Shown here: in pieces, positions 27,968-32,234 of the stretch
Layout: the number at the start of each line of letters is the position of its first letter
Position numbering within the stretch: the first letter of the stretch is position 1
NCBI GenBank assembly: GCA_964558645.1
Contig: CAZLEV010000023.1
Coordinates: 1-32,234 of the forward strand
DNA from: an uncultured archaeon
GTDB taxonomy: Archaea; Asgardarchaeota; Thorarchaeia; Thorarchaeales; Thorarchaeaceae
Reading direction: 5' to 3'
Length of the DNA: 32,234 nt
Program-made: the position numbers and the translations under genes
The notes under the pieces: generated by a model
What the model was told of the DNA's origin: nothing
Databases searched by the model: none
Seen by the model: only the letters and a program-made list of their open reading frames with translations

Positions 27968-28795
27968 TCATTTCAGGTCGATAACACGGGCAATCCTATC
28001 GTATGACTCTTTCAGTCTGTCTGTTCGGTCTATTGTGAGCTCTATTGCCTCATGTGGGCATACTTCAACGCAGCGACCACAGCCTCTACACGCGTCTGTG
28101 ATAACAGCCTTCCCGTTCACCATCTTGATTGCATCTGTGAAACAGACATCTTCAGCACAGAGCCCGCACCCAACACAATCTTCAGTCACTCTGACACTCA
28201 CACCGGGCATCTTCGTGATTTTCCTGCCGATGCCAGGGGCCATGTCGGGGAGTATCTTCCAGAGGCAACAACAGGGACAGCAGTTGCATATCGACATCAG
28301 ATTCTTACCTGGACTCACCCCGAGCCACATAGCATCGAGCTTGTTTCGTCCCACCATATGAACGAGTCCTGCCTTGCTGCACTCCTTGATGTATTCGTGT
28401 GCTTCTTCCCTAGAGATCTGCTTGCCGAGATCCGGGTTGATACCTCTGGCCGCCTCACCAAGAAATAGGCATCCATAGTCTATCGGATAGTCTTCACAAT
28501 GAGCAGAGGCTCGACAGATGCAGAAGTTCATCTTCCAGTGGAAGTTGGCCTCATCGATGAAGCGGTGAATAATCTCAGAGGGCAACGGTGTTTCTACGGG
28601 CCTCTCCAGCTGCACGCCTACTTGGATCTTCTTGAGAACAGTGGAGTCCTTTGGCAGGTAGATGATGTCATCTCCTTCGAAGAGCATCTTGTCAATGATT
28701 CCTCCTACGATGGGAATCCGCGTGAGATTCGCAATAAGTTTCCTCTGGGGGAAGGTCTTCTTTATGAGCTCAACAAACCAAAGTGGACGCGCCAT
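27968..28795 (-). CDS. Iron-sulfur protein with C-terminal 2x[4Fe-4S] ferredoxin domain
   Basis: CICR...C...GC, CNCCPCCC, CVGCGLC...C and CRGCGRCVEVCP. Confidence 0.9.
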   Translation of the reverse strand: MARPLWFVELIKKTFPQRKLIANLTRIPIVGGIIDKMLFEGDDIIYLPKDSTVLKKIQVGVQLERPVETPLPSEIIHRFIDEANFHWKMNFCICRASAHCEDYPIDYGCLFLGEAARGINPDLGKQISREEAHEYIKECSKAGLVHMVGRNKLDAMWLGVSPGKNLMSICNCCPCCCLWKILPDMAPGIGRKITKMPGVSVRVTEDCVGCGLCAEDVCFTDAIKMVNGKAVITDACRGCGRCVEVCPHEAIELTIDRTDRLKESYDRIARVIDLK

Positions 28796-28988
28796 AGTGT
28801 TGAGCCTGTCTTCTGCCTTGATATGACTATCGAAATGCTGTTCGACATACGACGAACCTGTGCTGTAACATGAAACGTGACATATGATACTCCGATGTCC
28901 GTCACAATACTTTTCAAATGTCTATCCACGAAAGTGATTTAGGGTCTTCTGAACGAATGATTTCTCAGTTGCAGCATGAGGTCCGATT

Positions 28989-29792
28989 ATGAAATGCTTC
29001 ACATTACATAGTTACAAGGGTGGAACCGGAAAGACGACTCTTGCTGCGAATCTGGCCGTGATACTTGCACAGCGCGGACTCAATGTTGCCATCTTAGACT
29101 TGGATTTTCAGGCGCCCAGTCTCCATACCCTATTTGGTGTGACACCTCAGACCACCTACATCAACGAGTTCCTTGTTGAGAAGAAGTCGCACAAAGAGGT
29201 GCTTACAGATCTTGGACAGACACTTGGCCTCGAAGGGCGCCTCGCAGTTGGTTTCTCGGACCCCAATGTTGAGGCAATCCGCTCTCAACTGGCACGGGAC
29301 CGCAAGTGGCACATGCAGGCCCTGTCTCAGCTCTTGAATCTGAAGCAGTATCTGGAAAAAGAGTCGCTGGACTACCTCGTATTGGACTCAGCACCCGGTG
29401 TTCACTATAGCAGCGTCAATGCAATTGTCTTGGCTGATTTCACAATCATAGTAGCGAAGATAGACAATTTTGATTTTGATGGCACTCTGAATATCCTTGA
29501 TGGCCTCTACGCACCGTTGAACAAGACGACCTGTCTCCTCTTCAACAAGGTGGTTCCTCCGATGATGGAGGAGCCCAGACGTTCTACGATGAAATCAACC
29601 ATCGAAGAGATGTTCAGTTCCAAGACCGAATTGATAGGATTCATGCCCTGCTATTGCGAGGTTCCACTCGGCATGGGTAGCGAGATTCATGCACTGACGC
29701 AACCAGACGCTCCGTTTGTCAAGGCCATCCGCAAGCTTGCAGACAGACTTGATGCCATTGAAGTAGTGGAAGCAGAGCAAGAGGGTGTATAG
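28989..29792 (+). CDS. MinD/ParA-family SIMIBI ATPase
   Basis: Deviant Walker A KGGTGKTT, ILDLD, Walker B LVLDSAPG and FNKV. Confidence 0.93.
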   Translation: MKCFTLHSYKGGTGKTTLAANLAVILAQRGLNVAILDLDFQAPSLHTLFGVTPQTTYINEFLVEKKSHKEVLTDLGQTLGLEGRLAVGFSDPNVEAIRSQLARDRKWHMQALSQLLNLKQYLEKESLDYLVLDSAPGVHYSSVNAIVLADFTIIVAKIDNFDFDGTLNILDGLYAPLNKTTCLLFNKVVPPMMEEPRRSTMKSTIEEMFSSKTELIGFMPCYCEVPLGMGSEIHALTQPDAPFVKAIRKLADRLDAIEVVEAEQEGV

Positions 29793-29794
29793 CC

Positions 29795-30406
29795 ATGATT
29801 CGAGCTGTCTATATTCTCGTCGAGGGTGGCGTCTGTATCTATAGCCGGATCTATGATCCTGCTCTGGCAAGTCCTATGTTGATGAGCAGTTTCATCTCTG
29901 CTGTCTCTGCCTTCAGTAGAGAGGCAATGGGCGACGAACTCCGAGGAATCGAGTCCGATGGGCGGGTCGTCTTTGTTGCAGACCACGACCGAATCATCAC
30001 AGTCCTCATTGCAGAAAACCCTGAGGAGATATCAACGGGCCTGATTGACAATATTGGCATCAACTTCCTGAGTCGTTACTCGAAACACGCAGAGCTTGAT
30101 CTCTGTGATTCAACCACGTTTCAGGAGTTCGACAGTGTGCTGGATAATATACTCCCCTCTCGCCTTTTGGAATCAACTCGCGTAGACCCGCTCGAACCTC
30201 TAGACGCAGTCAGTCTCATTGAGGTGCCTCAGGAGTCCACAAAGATCGCGCTGCTGCTCATCCGCAAGAAGAGCCTGAGTGCGCAACAGGCGGCAACCGA
30301 GCTCTCAATGAATGTTGATAGCGCACATGATCTTCTGGAACAGCTCGTCGAGATGGGAAAGGTGGGACGAAGGACATCAAGCGGTTCAGTGCTGTATTTC
30401 GTCTAG
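29795..30406 (+). CDS. Longin-like domain fused to C-terminal winged-helix domain
   Basis: Longin beta-beta-alpha-beta-beta-beta-alpha-alpha pattern (VYILVEGGVCIYSR; LMSSFISAVSAFSRE; FLSRY; FQEFDSVLDNIL), then a wHTH (SAQQAATEL...LLEQLVEMGKV...VLYFV); starts 2 nt after the MinD stop. Confidence 0.78.
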   Translation: MIRAVYILVEGGVCIYSRIYDPALASPMLMSSFISAVSAFSREAMGDELRGIESDGRVVFVADHDRIITVLIAENPEEISTGLIDNIGINFLSRYSKHAELDLCDSTTFQEFDSVLDNILPSRLLESTRVDPLEPLDAVSLIEVPQESTKIALLLIRKKSLSAQQAATELSMNVDSAHDLLEQLVEMGKVGRRTSSGSVLYFV

Positions 30407-30597
30407 CCTTCGAGATGCAATAGACTTCCTTGACAAGGCTTACCAGACTAACCATCGCATACCGGATGGCAGTTCTTGGCCTGTTATTGTCTGTTTCATA
30501 GAATCACTTGTTGTTTCGGGCATTTGCTGATAGTAGGAAACTCTCTTATGCTGTCGCGAGATTGATGCACAGGCATGATTACTGAGGGTATACAGCT

Positions 30598-32234
30598 ATG
30601 AGAGACTATCGCATCATATTGACCGTTGTAGGTCTTATTGTGATCTTTCTGTTCCTTGCAGGTGCAGTCTATGGCTGGTCTCTCAACCAGGGCATATACC
30701 AGCAAATGTATGCCTTCAAGGGAGATGTAGACTATTGGGGGATCTGGACTCTGCAGAGCAATTTGTTTACCGCATCAATCATCTTGACAATACTGAGTCT
30801 GCTGACTCTTCCCCAGAGGTCTTCATTTCTCAAGCTGGTGTCATCTATATCTCAGACAGATGCTGTGGTCTGGCGGCTAGATCTGAAACAGGCCATCATC
30901 TGGCGGCTCTTCCAGTTCGTTCTTTTCTTTGGTTTCTATATGTCCATTGGTGGTTACTCTGTTACAGGCCAAAATGTGGCATTTCTGATGATGCTAGCTG
31001 GCGATGGCTCCATCTCCATCAACAACGAACAGCTCGCTGAGATGTTCTCTCTACCGTTCTCTCCCGGGGTATCCGCTCAATTCGTTATGGATCTCATTCC
31101 TGCTATGGAGGCATACCAGCTCTATCTTGGGCTCGTTAGTACAGTCCTCTTCTTCACTGCTGCTCGCATCGGTATGAGTATTGCGGCTGACATGCTTGCT
31201 GAGCGACGAGACAGCTATGCAATTGGGGCAAAGCTTCTCTTCGTAGCATCTTTGGGACTCACAATCCAGCTTCTTGGCGTCCCGATGTGGACTGTGAATG
31301 CCGGCACATGGATGAGCTACCTTGCTCTTATCATTGCCCTCATTTCCGCCCTCTTGGGGGCAATCCTGCTACTCCTTGCGAGATTGAGATCAGGAGGTGC
31401 CCTTTCCCGGCTGAAGAGCAAAATCATCCAGCTTGAGGAGGATCTGGCCCGCCTTCAGAGCGAGTTGATGACTCTGCGAGAGGAATATGAGTCTGGTAGC
31501 GTTGAGATGCAGGACTACAAACACAGGGTGAATCTGCTCATGCAGGACCGCTCCCATGTCAGCAGCGAACTGAGGCGACTCAAACTTGAGAGGATGATTC
31601 CCTTCGGTGGCTCACCCCGAAGGTACGGATTCGTTGCTGTGTTCTTGGTTGTACTTGTTATCATGATGCCTGCCATTCAGGCCTTTTACTATGGAATCCA
31701 AATGGATGGTGACAAATACATCCCGTGGAAGTTCAACTATGAGACCCGCAAGGAGATCGCAGTAACCAATTGGGCTGCAGGCGTAGAGAATCTTGATTCA
31801 CTTGGTCTTGACGCCCTCACCTCTAATGCCACTCCTCAGAGTGAAGTTGAGTTCCTGACCACAGTTCGCCAGTGGGATCAACAGGCGAGCTATCTTCGAA
31901 TGAAAAACCAGATAGGCACGAACTGGATGCAACTCGCGGATTCGGATATTGTGTTTCTGAAAGGGCACGAGTATTGGATTGCCCCGTTGACATTTGACTA
32001 TCAATCAGTATCAGCAAGTTTCATCAATCAGCATCTCATCTATACCCACACTGAGGGTATGGTCATTCTGGATGCATACAGCGGGAGTGTCGTGGAGCGT
32101 GATGAGCGGGTGGCTCTTCTGAACAGGACGGAGCCGGTCGCAATCTACTACGGAGAGGGTGCGGGATTTCATGACGTTGTATTCGTGAATGTGGAAGGGT
32201 TCGACGAGGTCGGGAATCTGACCCTTAGAGGCTC
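30598..32234 (+). CDS. UPF0182-family membrane protein, 3'-truncated by the window (not in the ORF track)
   Basis: Open frame from ATG 30598 (MRDYRIILTVVG...) to the window end; ~7 TM segments, then VRQWD, NQHLIYTH and IYYGE motifs. Confidence 0.85.
   Translation, partial: MRDYRIILTVVGLIVIFLFLAGAVYGWSLNQGIYQQMYAFKGDVDYWGIWTLQSNLFTASIILTILSLLTLPQRSSFLKLVSSISQTDAVVWRLDLKQAIIWRLFQFVLFFGFYMSIGGYSVTGQNVAFLMMLAGDGSISINNEQLAEMFSLPFSPGVSAQFVMDLIPAMEAYQLYLGLVSTVLFFTAARIGMSIAADMLAERRDSYAIGAKLLFVASLGLTIQLLGVPMWTVNAGTWMSYLALIIALISALLGAILLLLARLRSGGALSRLKSKIIQLEEDLARLQSELMTLREEYESGSVEMQDYKHRVNLLMQDRSHVSSELRRLKLERMIPFGGSPRRYGFVAVFLVVLVIMMPAIQAFYYGIQMDGDKYIPWKFNYETRKEIAVTNWAAGVENLDSLGLDALTSNATPQSEVEFLTTVRQWDQQASYLRMKNQIGTNWMQLADSDIVFLKGHEYWIAPLTFDYQSVSASFINQHLIYTHTEGMVILDAYSGSVVERDERVALLNRTEPVAIYYGEGAGFHDVVFVNVEGFDEVGNLTLRG

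Noticed and set aside
489-32017. Numerous 60-220 aa antisense or alternative-frame ORFs in the track (e.g. 15232-15891, 21084-21671, 17799-18350, 22798-23349, 30735-31040)
   Set aside because: They lie within well-supported genes and show no family motifs; they are shadow ORFs.
1-32234. CRISPR arrays, tRNA/rRNA genes, transposases/integrases
   Set aside because: I saw no regularly spaced repeats, cloverleaf/rRNA signatures or recombinase motifs; a covariance-model search was not possible.

Overview
Archaeal chromosomal segment, most likely from an Asgard archaeon (Thorarchaeia-like). This is inferred from a longin-domain gene, a NosD beta-helix/Ig-like/TM surface protein, a TM-anchored family-5 solute-binding protein, archaeal-type asparagine synthetase and apgM, TATA-like boxes and GAGGTG/GGAG Shine-Dalgarno sites. 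I see no RNA genes, CRISPR array or mobile element. From left to right: (1) two surface proteins, including an apparently circularly permuted family-5 SBP; (2) a ~7.7 kb glycan locus with four glycosyltransferases flanking a minus-strand operon. That operon has two unknown membrane proteins built from three copies of one 2-TM 'GWxYD...ERNPYxYVP' domain, an IPCT-like cytidylyltransferase and a TagF-like CDP-polyol phosphotransferase; (3) stomatin+NfeD, and Lrp/AsnC divergent from archaeal asnA; (4) a class-I isoprenoid synthase-like gene, membrane proteins, and an HxlR regulator facing an unannotated 45-aa Cys/His peptide; (5) pyk, eno, apgM and an SDR; (6) an HTH-10 regulator/EamA pair, a nucleotide-sugar dehydrogenase and an Fe-S protein; (7) a MinD/ParA ATPase coupled to a longin-wHTH protein, and a UPF0182 membrane protein running off the window end. 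The best candidates for undescribed systems are the teichoic-acid-like glycopolymer operon with its pseudo-trimeric membrane module and the MinD/longin-wHTH pair. All family calls come from motif recognition by eye; no searches were run.
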